Shown here: positions 7,989-17,206 of the stretch, in pieces
Layout: each line of letters begins with the position of its first letter
Numbering within the stretch: position 1 is the stretch's first letter
Virus record (IMG/VR): IMGVR_UViG_3300050509_000221
Span: 1-64,000 of that record
DNA length: 64,000 nt
DNA from: a virus
Taxonomy: Duplodnaviria; Caudoviricetes
Strand: one strand, 5' to 3'
The notes under the pieces: generated by a model
Told to the model about the DNA's origin: nothing
What the model saw: only the letters and a program-made list of their open reading frames with translations
Databases searched by the model: none
Position numbers and translations under genes: made by a program

Positions 7989-8208
7989 ACTCGCTAGAGC
8001 GTCCCGCGAGCGGGGGGCCGTTCGCGATCCACTCGTCGAGCCACGCTCGAGACACCCGCAGGGACCGGCCGACCTTCCGGCTCGGGATCCCGCCGTTGTG
8101 CTCTCCCCGTTGGATCAGCCGGTAGACGTGGGCCTCGGAGACCTTGAGGTAGGTGGCGACCTCGGGGACGGTCAGGACGGCGGGGGCGAGCACCGTAGAG
8201 GTCGACAC
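7963..8208 (-). CDS. xis: Excisionase/Cro-like HTH_17 protein
   Basis: LTVPEVATYLKVSEAHVYRLI...IPSRKVGRSLRV. Confidence 0.85.
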   Translation of the reverse strand: MSTSTVLAPAVLTVPEVATYLKVSEAHVYRLIQRGEHNGGIPSRKVGRSLRVSRAWLDEWIANGPPLAGRSSEFDSPALIG

Positions 8209-8214
8209 CGTCCG

Positions 8215-8243
8215 ACTGTACGCTCGCGTATCGTGGGCGTCAA
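8215..8243 (-). promoter_or_regulatory. Leaderless promoter of xis
   Basis: TTGACG-17-TACAGT, 6 nt before GTG 8208. Confidence 0.7.
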
Positions 8244-8287
8244 GTGACGCTCCACGCTCACTACTCTCCGCTACCGGGTTCGCCACT

Positions 8288-8692
8288 ATGCGTGGTATAC
8301 GCTCCCGCGTCGTGGGCGAGACAACGTTGGGCGAGGCGATCGACGCCGAACTGGCACGACGGCGGATCCGTCAACGCGCCGCGGCCAAGCAACTCAAGGT
8401 CTCACAGCAGACCTTGTCGAAGTGGCGCAGCGGTGTCCACTTCCCGTCCGAGCACTACCACGCCAGGCTCGCCGACTTCCTCGACCTCACCCCCGAGGCG
8501 ATCGACGCAATGCGTCCCGGTGGTGCGGTCAAGACGCGCCGCGCGAACACGTCACGCATCGACGAGCTCGAGACCGCGGTCAGCCGACTCGCGACGCGCC
8601 AGGCGGCACTGGTCGTGACGATCGAGTCGCTCGCCGAGCGTGCGGAAGCACTGGAGCGTCATCTCGATCGCCGAGACCGTCCCGCCGGCTGA
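8288..8692 (+). CDS. Immunity repressor (XRE HTH plus C-terminal coiled coil)
   Basis: QRAAAKQLKVSQQTLSKWRSG; divergent from xis. Confidence 0.8.
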   Translation: MRGIRSRVVGETTLGEAIDAELARRRIRQRAAAKQLKVSQQTLSKWRSGVHFPSEHYHARLADFLDLTPEAIDAMRPGGAVKTRRANTSRIDELETAVSRLATRQAALVVTIESLAERAEALERHLDRRDRPAG

Positions 8693-8866
8693 ACACTGCG
8701 TCGATCCTGGCGGCGGCTGCCTCAGCGCGATCGAGCGATTCCTCGAGGTCCGCGAGTGCGGCGCGCAAACGATCGAGTCGCGCCCGTTGCCGCATTCACA
8801 CCCCCGCACACCAGGCATCTTCTGGGCCTGGCCTGGCCGCACCGTAACCTCACGCAGAGTGGCAGG

Positions 8867-9982
8867 TCAACCGCCGTCGATCACCTCATCGAGGGCCAGC
8901 GCGAGGGCCTGGTCGCCCGGCTCGAGGAACGCCCGATACCGATCCAACGTCGTCGATTCCCGCGCGTGATCCGCACGCCCCGCCACCGCCGCGGGCGACG
9001 CGAGCTCGAGACCCTGCGTCGCCATGAAGTGCCGGAACTGGCGCAACTGCACACCCGCCGCGGCCGGCACCACCGCACGCACCTCGGCGAACCGCCGCGA
9101 GACCGTCTGAGGATGCCAATGGACACGACCCTCGGGGTCGGAGCAGAACACGTAGCCGTCCGTGTCGACCGTGGTTCCGAGCTCCGCGGCCAGTACGTCC
9201 TGCGCGTCAAGATGCGCGCGCAATGTGACAAGCGTCGCAGGCCCGATGGTGAGGCTCCGCTTGGACCGCGTCTTCGTCGGTTTCACGTACGCGGTGGTCG
9301 ACACGCCGATGGCCCGAACGATGCGGGCCCGGGCGTGTTCGAGGTCGAGGTCCGAGCGGCGAAGAGCGCAGACCTCCCCGCGGCGCTTGCCGGTGTTGGC
9401 CGCGAACCGCAAGAACGCGACGAGGCCAAGGTCCACGGCGGTGGCTGTGGCGAGCAGCTCGCGCAACACCGCGGGGGACGGGGCGGAGGTCTCGACGTCG
9501 CCGATCGCAGGTGGGCGGGCATGTTCGGCCGGGTTGCGGGAGATCCACCCCCACCGGACCCCGAGGCCGAGCGCGGCGCGGAGGTACCGGTGGACGCCGT
9601 TGATCGTGCTGGGCGACAGGGCCCGCTGGCCTTTCCAGCCTCGGGCCATAGCGAGGTAGAGGTCGTCGAGGTCGGCTGGTTGCAGCGACGCGATGGGCGT
9701 GGCCCCAAGCGTGGGGCGCACGTACCGCTCGAAGGATCGTCGGGCCTGGTAGCGGGTGGAGTCCTCGGGGACCCGCTCGAGCCATCGTGCGTACAGGTGT
9801 GCGAGGGGGGCGGTGTCTCCGTCGGCGACGCGTCCTTCGTCGCGTTGGGCGAGGAGGTCGACCTCGAGACGTTTGGCTGCGGCCTTGGTGGGTGCCATGC
9901 GGGACCGTTGCCGGCGACGGCCGTTGGAGTCGCGGCCGAGGTCGACAACAACCTCGTAGCCCTTCCCCCGCTTACGGATCAC
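8867..9982 (-). CDS. int: Tyrosine integrase with N-terminal arm-binding domain
   Basis: TGKRRGE (catalytic R), QFRH, RADH, DRY; beside attP; GTG 9982 is the probable start (ORF open to 10057). Confidence 0.92.
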   Translation of the reverse strand: MIRKRGKGYEVVVDLGRDSNGRRRQRSRMAPTKAAAKRLEVDLLAQRDEGRVADGDTAPLAHLYARWLERVPEDSTRYQARRSFERYVRPTLGATPIASLQPADLDDLYLAMARGWKGQRALSPSTINGVHRYLRAALGLGVRWGWISRNPAEHARPPAIGDVETSAPSPAVLRELLATATAVDLGLVAFLRFAANTGKRRGEVCALRRSDLDLEHARARIVRAIGVSTTAYVKPTKTRSKRSLTIGPATLVTLRAHLDAQDVLAAELGTTVDTDGYVFCSDPEGRVHWHPQTVSRRFAEVRAVVPAAAGVQLRQFRHFMATQGLELASPAAVAGRADHARESTTLDRYRAFLEPGDQALALALDEVIDGG

Positions 9983-10010
9983 CTCGCGAGCATGCCAGAC
10001 CAGCGTGACA

Positions 10011-10032
10011 AATGCGGGATTGGTGGCGGGAT
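10011..10032. promoter_or_regulatory. Integrase arm-type sites (int side)
   Basis: AATGCGGGATTGGTGGCGGGAT, two GCGGGAT repeats. Confidence 0.7.
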
Positions 10033-10040
10033 ACCGGCCC

Positions 10041-10054
10041 TCTACCCGGCTAGA
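10041..10054. promoter_or_regulatory. TCTA-N6-TAGA operator upstream of int
   Basis: TCTACCCGGCTAGA. Confidence 0.7.
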
Positions 10055-10081
10055 CAACGCCCGGTAGCCCTACTGTCACAA

Positions 10082-10130
10082 TGGAGCGGGTGACGAGAAT
10101 CGAACTCGCGTTCTCAGCTTGGGAAGCTGA
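10082..10130 (-). other. attP: attP common core = 3' 49 nt of tRNA-Gly(CCC)
   Basis: TCAGCTTCCCAAGCTGA anticodon arm, GCGAGTTCGATTCTCGT T arm, CACCCGCTCCA end; no 5' half. Confidence 0.9.
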
Positions 10131-10212
10131 GAAGTTCTCTCGCCTCTACTCGCCTGACCTCTCCGACCTGCGGTTACTCGGGCGTCAAGGTTCCACGTGG
10201 AACAACCACAAC

Positions 10213-10250
10213 GGCGGGATTTCTCGCGAATGCGGGATCGGCGGCGGGAT
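10213..10250. promoter_or_regulatory. Integrase arm-type sites (lysis side)
   Basis: Three GCGGGAT repeats, including AATGCGGGATCGGCGGCGGGAT matching 10011-10032 at 20/22 nt. Confidence 0.7.
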
Positions 10251-10286
10251 CGACACGGCTGGAACGCCGCCTGCGAGACGGCATGG

Positions 10287-10640
10287 TCATCGAGTGATGC
10301 CCGCCGCGACAGCGGCCACAACTGCGACTGCGGCGACGAGCCAGCCGACGAGATCACCGACGCCGCGGCCGTGGCCTTCGGACGCCGCGCTTCCATGCTC
10401 GAGCGAGCTGAGGCGACCGTCCACGAGATCGAGGGCCAGGCTCAACGCGGTGGCTTGCGATTCCTTGTAGTCCTCGAACTTCTCCGCGGTGACGGAGCGG
10501 GCTTGCACGTCAGCGATGCGGCGCGCTTCGCCGTTGAGCACCGTCAAGCGACGTGCGTACTCGCGGGCTTGAAGCTTCCGCGCGTTGCGGTCGGCCTTCT
10601 GACGTTCCTCGAGTCGGATGATGCGGTCGTGGTCGTTCAC
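10287..10640 (-). CDS. Coiled-coil protein with C-terminal TM (lysis cassette)
   Basis: Coiled coil then LVGWLVAAVAVVAAVAAG. Confidence 0.65.
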   Translation of the reverse strand: MNDHDRIIRLEERQKADRNARKLQAREYARRLTVLNGEARRIADVQARSVTAEKFEDYKESQATALSLALDLVDGRLSSLEHGSAASEGHGRGVGDLVGWLVAAVAVVAAVAAGITR

Positions 10641-10861
10641 CGGAACCCTGTCGTGGCGAGCGCGACCGCGAGACCGGAGACGATGGCGGTCATGAGCGTG
10701 ATGTAGGTAGCGACTGCCCATGAGGGACGACCGATCAGGCGGTCCTTCATCTCGGCGATGTCGTCGCGGACGTTGGTGACGTCGGTTTCGAGCTTCGCTA
10801 GCCGTTCTGCTTCCGTGGGAGCCACCTCCTCACCTGCCCATCGTGGGGGTTTGTGTGGCAA
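10637..10861 (-). CDS. Small coiled-coil + TM protein (holin/XhlA-like)
   Basis: ERLAKLETDV... then a hydrophobic C-terminus; follows the endolysin. Confidence 0.6.
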   Translation of the reverse strand: MPHKPPRWAGEEVAPTEAERLAKLETDVTNVRDDIAEMKDRLIGRPSWAVATYITLMTAIVSGLAVALATTGFR

Positions 10862-10944
10862 CGTGTCTCATGTCGATCACCTCGTTCGTTGGGGTGGTCG
10901 GCTCAGGCCCCGCGGTCGGCCTGTAGTTGGCCGCGGGGCCGCTC

Positions 10945-11778
10945 CTACTGCTCCGGGCTCACGAACACGTCGAGGTAGTCCTTGTTGCGCACGGCGACGA
11001 AGCCGGCCCACCAGTACGGCCAGGTGGCCTTGTCCACACCGGGCGGGACCGGAAGCACCTTGCCCTCATTGATGAGGGTCTGCACCATGCCCTCATGCAG
11101 GGGCGCCGACACACACGCGCCGGACTGGTACCGGATCACTCCGGTGCCGTACTCGTTGACGAGCCAGCCTTTTGCCATATCGATCCCCTCGACCATCTCG
11201 AAGAACGCGCCGATCTGATCGACGCTCGGCTCGCGCTGGGCGACCATCGCGAGGAAGTCATCCCAGGGGAACTCCGGCCCTGGGTCCGATCGGTACGCGC
11301 CGACAGGCCAGCCCTCATGCCAGTCGGCGTGGCCAGCGAACCCGTCACGCTCACCCGCCCGGAGCTGCGCCCCGGTGAGACGCACGGGTCGAATGTGCGG
11401 GTACCGGCCGAGCAACGTCTGGCAACCGGCCGCGAGGTTGACGAGCTCCCAACGGGAGTAGTCGTCCTTCCAGTCGGCACCGTCCTGTCCTGCGTACCCG
11501 GCAAGCTCCCATTGGAGACTGACGTCGTTCGCCGGGCCTTCACCTGCACCCCAGCACCGTTGGTCCTCGGGGACGCAGCGGACGATCGAGTCGACATCGA
11601 CAGTGAAGTGTGTCGATGCCCTCACGTTCCCCGACGCGAAGTAGTTCGCGACACCCTCCGCGCCGAACGGCGTCTCTGGGGTCTCGGCGGTGTGGATCGT
11701 GATGACCGACACCTCGCGGATCGCCGGGCCGAAGAAGCTCGCCTGGACGTACGGCGCGGAGTCGAGGTCGACGGCCAT
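10945..11778 (-). CDS. Endolysin, N-acetylmuramoyl-L-alanine amidase (Amidase_2)
   Basis: ITIHTAE, ASTHF, GHADW...SDPG Zn-amidase motifs. Confidence 0.9.
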   Translation of the reverse strand: MAVDLDSAPYVQASFFGPAIREVSVITIHTAETPETPFGAEGVANYFASGNVRASTHFTVDVDSIVRCVPEDQRCWGAGEGPANDVSLQWELAGYAGQDGADWKDDYSRWELVNLAAGCQTLLGRYPHIRPVRLTGAQLRAGERDGFAGHADWHEGWPVGAYRSDPGPEFPWDDFLAMVAQREPSVDQIGAFFEMVEGIDMAKGWLVNEYGTGVIRYQSGACVSAPLHEGMVQTLINEGKVLPVPPGVDKATWPYWWAGFVAVRNKDYLDVFVSPEQ

Positions 11779-11827
11779 CAGGTCTGCTCCGGGATGTCGA
11801 ACACGTCGCAGGCGTCGAGCTCGGGCA

Positions 11828-12241
11828 TCAGCCGACGAGGCCCTTGCGTCCGAGGATCTTGTTGACCCACTGCTGAGTGAACGTCTTCTGCGACGCCGCC
11901 GCGATCACGAACGCGATCACGAACACCGACAGTGCGCCCTTCCACGTCCGGGCACCGTCGGTGCCCGTCAGGTAGGTACCCAAAGCGGTGAGGCCGGTGG
12001 CGAGGAACGCGAGGGCGGTCTTGATGTTGTCGCTCGCAGAGGCGTTCACCAGCGACGCGACCACGAACGGGATCAGGACACCCCCGACGAGGGCGAGGAG
12101 CTGCGCGGTGTCGAACAGGTTGACGAGCTGCGGTGTGGTGCCGTCAGCGGCGACCGCTGGGACGGCGAGGAACACCGACAAGAGGGCGAGCACCGCGACC
12201 ACGAACCCGAGTCGGGTGAGACGTACGGCAACGATCCGCAT
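11828..12241 (-). CDS. Holin
   Basis: Three to four TM segments, directly upstream of the endolysin, RBS GGAGG. Confidence 0.7.
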   Translation of the reverse strand: MRIVAVRLTRLGFVVAVLALLSVFLAVPAVAADGTTPQLVNLFDTAQLLALVGGVLIPFVVASLVNASASDNIKTALAFLATGLTALGTYLTGTDGARTWKGALSVFVIAFVIAAASQKTFTQQWVNKILGRKGLVG

Positions 12242-12319
12242 ACGGGTTGACCTCCGAGCGCGCGGGTGCGAACAGAGGTGACGGTACGGGGACACCGCAG
12301 AACCCTCAGGGACTCGGCC

Positions 12320-12349
12320 TTGACGCTCCGCTCTCTAACCGGCTAGAGT
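12320..12349 (+). promoter_or_regulatory. Leaderless promoter with overlapping operator (12334-12347)
   Basis: TTGACG-18-TAGAGT, 7 nt before GTG 12357; TCTAACCGGCTAGA. Confidence 0.8.
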
Positions 12350-12356
12350 CCGAGGC

Positions 12357-12680
12357 GTGGTTGCTGTCGCCCGCCGCTACCGGCTCGAGCTCGTCACCGC
12401 GATCGCCGTGATCGCGGCTGGGATGGCGGACGCCTGGACAACCCATGCTGGGCTGGAGCGTGGCGCGACGGAAGCGAACCCGGTCGGCGCCCGTGCGTTC
12501 GACGCTCTCGGTGTCCTCCCGGTGCTCGCGCTGCGCGTCGTACTTCCCGCGGTGGCCGCGTGGGCGATCGTCCGTGCCGCGCGGCGTGACCCGATTCTGC
12601 ATCGCGTCGCGGTCGTAGCGGTGCTCGTGATGGCGGCCGGTTGGACAGGGCTCGCTGTGCGGAACATGCTCGTCGGGTGA
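12357..12680 (+). CDS. DUF5658-like membrane protein (moron)
   Basis: DAWTT...GATEANPV motif, three TM segments. Confidence 0.7.
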   Translation: MVAVARRYRLELVTAIAVIAAGMADAWTTHAGLERGATEANPVGARAFDALGVLPVLALRVVLPAVAAWAIVRAARRDPILHRVAVVAVLVMAAGWTGLAVRNMLVG

Positions 12681-12795
12681 ACGACATCGCTAGCGTTGTC
12701 GGGGTCGTCGCGTGCTGGACGTTCGCGCTCTGGGCGACGCGGGAGGCCGTGCGAGGGATTCGAGAGGATCGTCGCGAGAAGCGGCGACAGGCCCC

Positions 12796-13356
12796 GTGAC
12801 GACCGCCGAGTACCGCTATTGCGGGAACTGTGGGGAACCGGTCGACGCGGAAGCGTCGGCGTGTGCGAACTGTGGTGCTCCCGTAGACGAGACCGGCTTG
12901 ACGGCTGGGATCGTGAACGAACCGACCGGCGATCAGACCATCGCAATGCCGGCGACTGCCGGTGGTGCGGGCGCCGGTCGCGGCGAGCCTCCCACGTCGG
13001 GTCCTCCCGACGACGAAGGCGGACTGTCGAACGGGATGCGCTGGCTCATCGGCGGGCTGATCGTCCTCGCAGTGGTGCTGGTTGGGGTCATCGCCGCGAT
13101 CGCGGTGGGCGACTCAGGCGGGGACGACACGCCGAACAGGTCGACCACTACGACGTGCGCGCCGCTGGCCGGGCGCACGGTGTTCCAAGTTGATGAGACG
13201 ACCACCACGTCGAGCACGACTACGACCAGCTCGACAACGACGACGAGCAGTACGACAACCACCGCGCCGACAACGACAACGACAATGGCCGCGCCAACTA
13301 CCACGACCACGGGGTCCACGACCACCGCGCCGACAACAACGGCCGCGCCTTGCTGA
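12796..13356 (+). CDS. Zinc-ribbon, single-TM, Thr-rich surface protein (moron)
   Basis: CGNCG...CANCG, TM helix, long poly-Thr/Ser tail. Confidence 0.7.
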   Translation: MTTAEYRYCGNCGEPVDAEASACANCGAPVDETGLTAGIVNEPTGDQTIAMPATAGGAGAGRGEPPTSGPPDDEGGLSNGMRWLIGGLIVLAVVLVGVIAAIAVGDSGGDDTPNRSTTTTCAPLAGRTVFQVDETTTTSSTTTTSSTTTTSSTTTTAPTTTTTMAAPTTTTTGSTTTAPTTTAAPC

Positions 13357-13383
13357 GCGGCTAGCGCCTGCCAGAGTCAGCGC

Positions 13384-14064
13384 CTAGGTGTGGTTCACGG
13401 GCGCGTCGAGCAATAGCAGATCGACTGTCGTCGGCGATCCGCCAGCGATACGGGCTTCGTAGGTCAGTTCCATCAGTCGTCCCGCAGGGTCCGTGCCTGA
13501 CGCTAGCGCCGCTTCGGGAATCGTGAACGTGCCCGAGTGGTCGGTGTTCACGGAGTCGGAGTTCGGCCCTACGACTACCACGGGTGCCTGACCGACCTCA
13601 TTAACCAGGACGCGCCACTCGATCGTTCCGCCGTTCGCGTACGCCTGGAGCGACCAGTCGACCTTGTCGCCGATGCTGTGGAATTGGCCCTGCCACAGGC
13701 GCGCGAGCCCACCGAACGTCGACTGGTTGGTGCCGGGCCGGAAGCCGGGACCTCCCCCGCTGAGGAAGGCGGGCATCACGTTCATCGGGACGATGTAACG
13801 CGGCAGGGTCTGACCGTCTTCGCTCACACGCTGGATCAGCGTGCCGTTCTTGTTGTAGATCTCGAATCCGTACGCGACCCCGTCGGCGAGCAGCCCTAGG
13901 CGGATTCGGGCGACGCCGTTCGGGTCTTGGACGACCATCTGCGACCCGACCATCGGTTGACCTTCGAGGTCTGCGACGCGTTGCTGGAGTGCCCGTAGTT
14001 GCTCGGCGAGCCATGCGGTGCCGGTCTCGTCGTACGGTTCGTGATACCGGTCGCGGTCACTCAC
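13384..14064 (-). CDS. Minor tail protein
   Basis: Last gene of tail operon; LAEQLRALQQRVADLE N-terminus. Confidence 0.65.
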   Translation of the reverse strand: MSDRDRYHEPYDETGTAWLAEQLRALQQRVADLEGQPMVGSQMVVQDPNGVARIRLGLLADGVAYGFEIYNKNGTLIQRVSEDGQTLPRYIVPMNVMPAFLSGGGPGFRPGTNQSTFGGLARLWQGQFHSIGDKVDWSLQAYANGGTIEWRVLVNEVGQAPVVVVGPNSDSVNTDHSGTFTIPEAALASGTDPAGRLMELTYEARIAGGSPTTVDLLLLDAPVNHT

Positions 14065-15251
14065 GCTGCCTCCTCTGGGGCGAGGGTTTCTCCTGGGGTG
14101 ATGTAATGCTCGCCGGATTCCTGGACTTTCCAGCCCGTGATACGAACCCGGTCCCCAACTACAGGAGTGGAGGACCCGTACCCGTCGCGGACTTTCCCGA
14201 TGACCGTGTCACCCGTGGACCAGTCACCCCACGCCGGGGACATGGTCGGATCGACCTGCCATTGCGGAAGACGAAACGGGCGACGCGTCCGCGCGAACGC
14301 GGCGGCGGTGTTCTCGTCGAGGGTGGTCTGTTCGGTTACCTTCGACCAGGTCGGCGCGGCGTCGTAGAGCGGGTAGACACCGGCGAGGGTGGGGTCGATG
14401 TACGGGGACCGCATGCGAGTCGCGTCGTTGCCGCTCGACCAGCCGTCCCCGTTCCATGCGAGCTCGACCGGGTCCGTGAACCCACGTTGGATGATGTTCG
14501 TCGGACCGACCGGATGGTCGTCGGTGGCACGTTCGTACTCGAACGTGAAGTTCGTGTCGCGGCCCTTACGCGGGTAGTAGAGACGGATGGTCTTGTCGAC
14601 CCGGTCCGTGGTCGCGTTCAGCGAGTATTCCATCGCGTAGTCGAACCCGTCGATGACGGCCGCGAGTTGACGGATCGCGTCGCCGATCGTTTTGGTTTTC
14701 TCGACCTGGTAGTCGTCGCTGCGAGTGCGAAGCACCCCGGACGGTTCGTCGTACACGACAGTGATGCCAAGGTTTGCCCAGTCGTAATCGGTTGCCAGGC
14801 CCAGCTCGGCGAGGTGGTCCTCGAGTTCGGCGAGTTGGTCGGCGGTGAGGAGCGAGTTGTAGTAGTCGGTGTCTTGGCCGTCCGTGATGAGTTGAGTGAA
14901 GATGTCGAACTGTTCGACGTCGGTTGGCGTGTACGGCTTGCGGATCCTGCGGCGGTCCCAGATGCCGAGCCATCCGAAGCAGTCGATGGTCAGTTCGTTG
15001 GCGCCCATGCTGAGCGACGGGGGTAACAGGACGCCGCCCCAGTCGTCGATGGTGCCGTCACGTAGCGGGTAGATCGCGGTGCGCCACGGGTCGAGGAGTT
15101 GTTCGGTCGCGTAGTCGGAGGTGAGCGACATGACGGCGTTCAGGGAGCCGGGCCGGTTCAGGACGTCTTCGTAGGACCAGCCGGGACCGAACTCGATCAG
15201 CGACAGTTCACCCGTGGGGAGCTGCTCGCGTAGGAAAGCGAAGTCGGTCAC
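14061..15251 (-). CDS. Minor tail / hub protein (siphovirus Gp37-like)
   Basis: Position after Dit; size and composition. Confidence 0.7.
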   Translation of the reverse strand: MTDFAFLREQLPTGELSLIEFGPGWSYEDVLNRPGSLNAVMSLTSDYATEQLLDPWRTAIYPLRDGTIDDWGGVLLPPSLSMGANELTIDCFGWLGIWDRRRIRKPYTPTDVEQFDIFTQLITDGQDTDYYNSLLTADQLAELEDHLAELGLATDYDWANLGITVVYDEPSGVLRTRSDDYQVEKTKTIGDAIRQLAAVIDGFDYAMEYSLNATTDRVDKTIRLYYPRKGRDTNFTFEYERATDDHPVGPTNIIQRGFTDPVELAWNGDGWSSGNDATRMRSPYIDPTLAGVYPLYDAAPTWSKVTEQTTLDENTAAAFARTRRPFRLPQWQVDPTMSPAWGDWSTGDTVIGKVRDGYGSSTPVVGDRVRITGWKVQESGEHYITPGETLAPEEAA

Positions 15252-16279
15252 GCTCGAGCGTCAGCGGCGCTGATCGGATAGGAGAACCGCCACCAAAGCT
15301 TGTCGTTCGTCGCCCAGGTCCACGGCACGTTGGCGCCCGCGTTGCGGATCCCGCCGTTGTTGAACTGCGTCACACCCGCGAGAGCCAGCAGCATCACCGT
15401 CGTCGATGACGCCATGTAGACACCCAGGGGCGAGGCGACCGCCGTGGAATCGTCGGTCGCGCCCCCCAGTATCCCGACGTGAGCGGAAGTTGGCCCAACC
15501 GTGTTGTACGGGAGCGAGAGCGTGAGCGCAGCACCAAAAGTCGTCGTGCCCCCGGCAACTATCTCCCCGTAGGTATGACAGATGTCACCGACGCGCTTGG
15601 ATCGTGCGCTGATAGTGCCGTTGCCGATTCCCCACCCTCCGACAGTTGGTGTGTACGACTGCCACGGCTCGTCCAGCACCTTCCACCCGGTGCCGTCGTG
15701 GACGAGCAGCCGATCGGAGTCGGTGGTGCGAAACTGCAGGGCTTCACCCGCGCCGGCGACGCGGGCGAGCATCGCAGCAGTGCCGTACCCGCGGCCGCCT
15801 CGGAACGCCGGTCGGCGGCGGTCTGTGATGTACGCGCCGATGACGTCCGTTGTGGACGGCGGCAGGGTGATGAGCGCGAGTTCTTCGTAGTTGTCTTCGG
15901 TGATCGTCGGCTCGGCAGGCGATCCGGACGCGACGCCTTCAACGATGTGTAGGTCCGGTACGCCGGTGGTGCCGTTCACTCGGACGATGAGCCGGTCCTT
16001 GCGTCCGTTGCCTGACGTCGGCGTGAAACTCCCGGTGTTGAGCGACGCGTCGTTCCACAGGTGATACTTGCCGCCGAGCCCCGCACCTGCGGCGCTGACG
16101 ACCACTTGCCCGGCAGCGACTTTGAGTGTCGGCCCCGCCACCGCCTGCTGTTCGACGAGCAGATGCGCGGGCGCGACGATGCCCGGCAGGTCGAAGAGCG
16201 AGTCGGCCAGGCGGCGCATGTCGTCTTCGTTGTAGGTACCGCCGTCCTGACCCCACGCGTACGCGGCGAGTGTCATCAT
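15248..16279 (-). CDS. Minor tail protein (possible receptor-binding)
   Basis: Tail operon position; beta-rich C-terminus. Confidence 0.7.
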   Translation of the reverse strand: MMTLAAYAWGQDGGTYNEDDMRRLADSLFDLPGIVAPAHLLVEQQAVAGPTLKVAAGQVVVSAAGAGLGGKYHLWNDASLNTGSFTPTSGNGRKDRLIVRVNGTTGVPDLHIVEGVASGSPAEPTITEDNYEELALITLPPSTTDVIGAYITDRRRPAFRGGRGYGTAAMLARVAGAGEALQFRTTDSDRLLVHDGTGWKVLDEPWQSYTPTVGGWGIGNGTISARSKRVGDICHTYGEIVAGGTTTFGAALTLSLPYNTVGPTSAHVGILGGATDDSTAVASPLGVYMASSTTVMLLALAGVTQFNNGGIRNAGANVPWTWATNDKLWWRFSYPISAADARA

Positions 16280-16285
16280 GTGCTC

Positions 16286-17206
16286 CTAAGAGTGGTAGCC
16301 GTCGTAGCCCGAGACGGTGAGTGTCCCGGTACCTGAGTCGGCGTCGAACTGGAAGGGATTGGAGCCGGGTTCGCGTTGCCACCAGTCAGAGTCGACGGTG
16401 AGTTGCGTACGACGATCCGCGGCGCCGTTCAGCAGCACCGACCGTGTCGCAGAGTCGATCAACAGGTAGTCCGACACGCCGAGTTCCACGCCGCCGTTCG
16501 CCTCGAACGCGAGTGACAGTCGACGGCCCGAGACGAGATGCGTGATCGTCGGGAACGCGACGGGCCCATCGAGCCTTGCTGTCCACGGCGCGGGCGCGTT
16601 CCCGTTGTTGACGGCGTCGAGTGTCCCCGACGTCGAGGCACCCAACGTGAACGGCACCGTGAACGGCACCGTGAACCCGGAACCCGACACGACACGGGTC
16701 GTGACCCACGTGTTGAGATCATCGCCGTAGGTGAGCCCATCGAGGGACACGAACTGTGTGGAGCCGACCGCCCGGAGACCACACGACTGCTCGCTCGCGT
16801 CGGAGTCGCGGAGGAACGACACCTGATCGACCTGCACATCACCGGGGATGCGGAACCTGCCGACACGTCGCCGTACCGTCCCGAACGCGGCGGAGCGGAC
16901 CGTCACGACACTGTCGATGCTGCGCGCCGTCGCGGACTTCCACGCGTCGATGCGGGCGAGGAGATCCGCTTCGGTGTCAGCGGTGATGAGACACACGAAC
17001 GTCGTCGTGTGCGTGTCGATCCAGTCTGACCCGGCAACGACACCATCGCCACCGCCACGCGCCAGGTCACTGGTCCGCAACGTCGGGGCCGACCACCACG
17101 AGTACCAGTCGCCACGCCACGCGAAACGGGTGTCGCAACCAACGACGAGCGCCGCGTCGTCATCGACACGGAACTCGACCTGACCGTCGAGGAGCACGGC
17201 GGGCAT
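16286..17206 (-). CDS. Distal tail (Dit)-like protein
   Basis: Follows tape measure; NNGNAPAPW...LLIDSATRSVLLNG...PGSN. Confidence 0.75.
   Translation of the reverse strand: MPAVLLDGQVEFRVDDDAALVVGCDTRFAWRGDWYSWWSAPTLRTSDLARGGGDGVVAGSDWIDTHTTTFVCLITADTEADLLARIDAWKSATARSIDSVVTVRSAAFGTVRRRVGRFRIPGDVQVDQVSFLRDSDASEQSCGLRAVGSTQFVSLDGLTYGDDLNTWVTTRVVSGSGFTVPFTVPFTLGASTSGTLDAVNNGNAPAPWTARLDGPVAFPTITHLVSGRRLSLAFEANGGVELGVSDYLLIDSATRSVLLNGAADRRTQLTVDSDWWQREPGSNPFQFDADSGTGTLTVSGYDGYHS

Noticed and set aside
10082-10160. Complete tRNA-Gly gene
   Set aside because: The D arm and 5' acceptor strand are missing; only the 3' 49 nt are present, so it is treated as the attP core.
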